From assembly GCF_009914755.1 (NCBI RefSeq), contig NC_060925.1: a DNA stretch of 64,000 bases; one strand, written 5' to 3'. The position numbers and the translations under genes are program-made. The stretch's first letter is position 1, and every line of letters starts with the position of its first letter. Of this stretch, positions 63,781 to 64,000 are shown piece after piece. This stretch comes from the human T2T-CHM13v2.0 reference genome, Homo sapiens. The notes under the pieces were generated by a model that did no database searches, was not told the origin of the DNA, and was given only the letters and a program-made list of their open reading frames with translations.

Positions 63781-64000
63781 ACATCCTCCTGCGTCACCAT
63801 CAGCCCATTGCAGCCTGCGCATCCTCCTGGGCCAGCAGCAGCCCACTGCAGCCTGCACATCCTCCTGGGCCAGGACCAGCCCTCTGCAGCCTGCACATCC
63901 TCCTGGGCCAGGGCCAGCCCTCTGCAGCCTGCACATCCTCCTGGGCCAGGGCCAGCCCTCTGCAGCCTGCACATCCTCCTGGGCCAGGACCAGCCCACTG
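63781..64000. repeat. 38-bp GC-rich minisatellite, nearly 6 copies, running off the window
   Basis: Unit cctctgcagcctgcacatcctcctgggccagg(g/a)ccagc; period 38. Confidence 0.95.

Noticed and set aside
63781-64000. 38-bp repeat array as CRISPR-like
   Set aside because: Head-to-tail units with no unique spacers, in a mammalian context

Overview
Primate (human-like) genomic DNA containing the whole TRIM62 (DEAR1) gene on the minus strand. Its five coding exons (57304-56897, 41440-41345, 35819-35563, 34243-34128, 23602-23052; 1428 nt, all GT-AG) encode a 475-aa RING / B-box / coiled-coil / PRY-SPRY E3 ligase. It has a CpG-island promoter at about 56.6-58.1 kb and a roughly 1.8-kb 3' UTR ending at tandem ATTAAA near 21.29 kb. 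The rest is typical interspersed repeat (about 28 Alu pieces, L1, L2, MIR, LTRs, MER DNA transposons) and simple repeats; no other protein-coding gene, RNA gene or CRISPR array is supportable. I cannot claim a wholly new biological system. The strongest structures the gene model does not explain are: (1) a 126-bp, about 90%-identical non-Alu inverted repeat bracketing exon 3 (candidate circRNA / exon-skipping / ADAR stem); (2) a roughly 1.1-kb inversion in intron 4 that contains a near-spacerless Alu palindrome; (3) an intron-1 exon that can encode a RING-less isoform or act as a poison exon; (4) an orphan ETS/CCAAT/GC-box/CTCF bidirectional-type promoter at about 3.1-3.5 kb; (5) several local templated duplications. 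Repeat subfamily names come from recall of consensus sequences, not from a search, and repeat boundaries are approximate.
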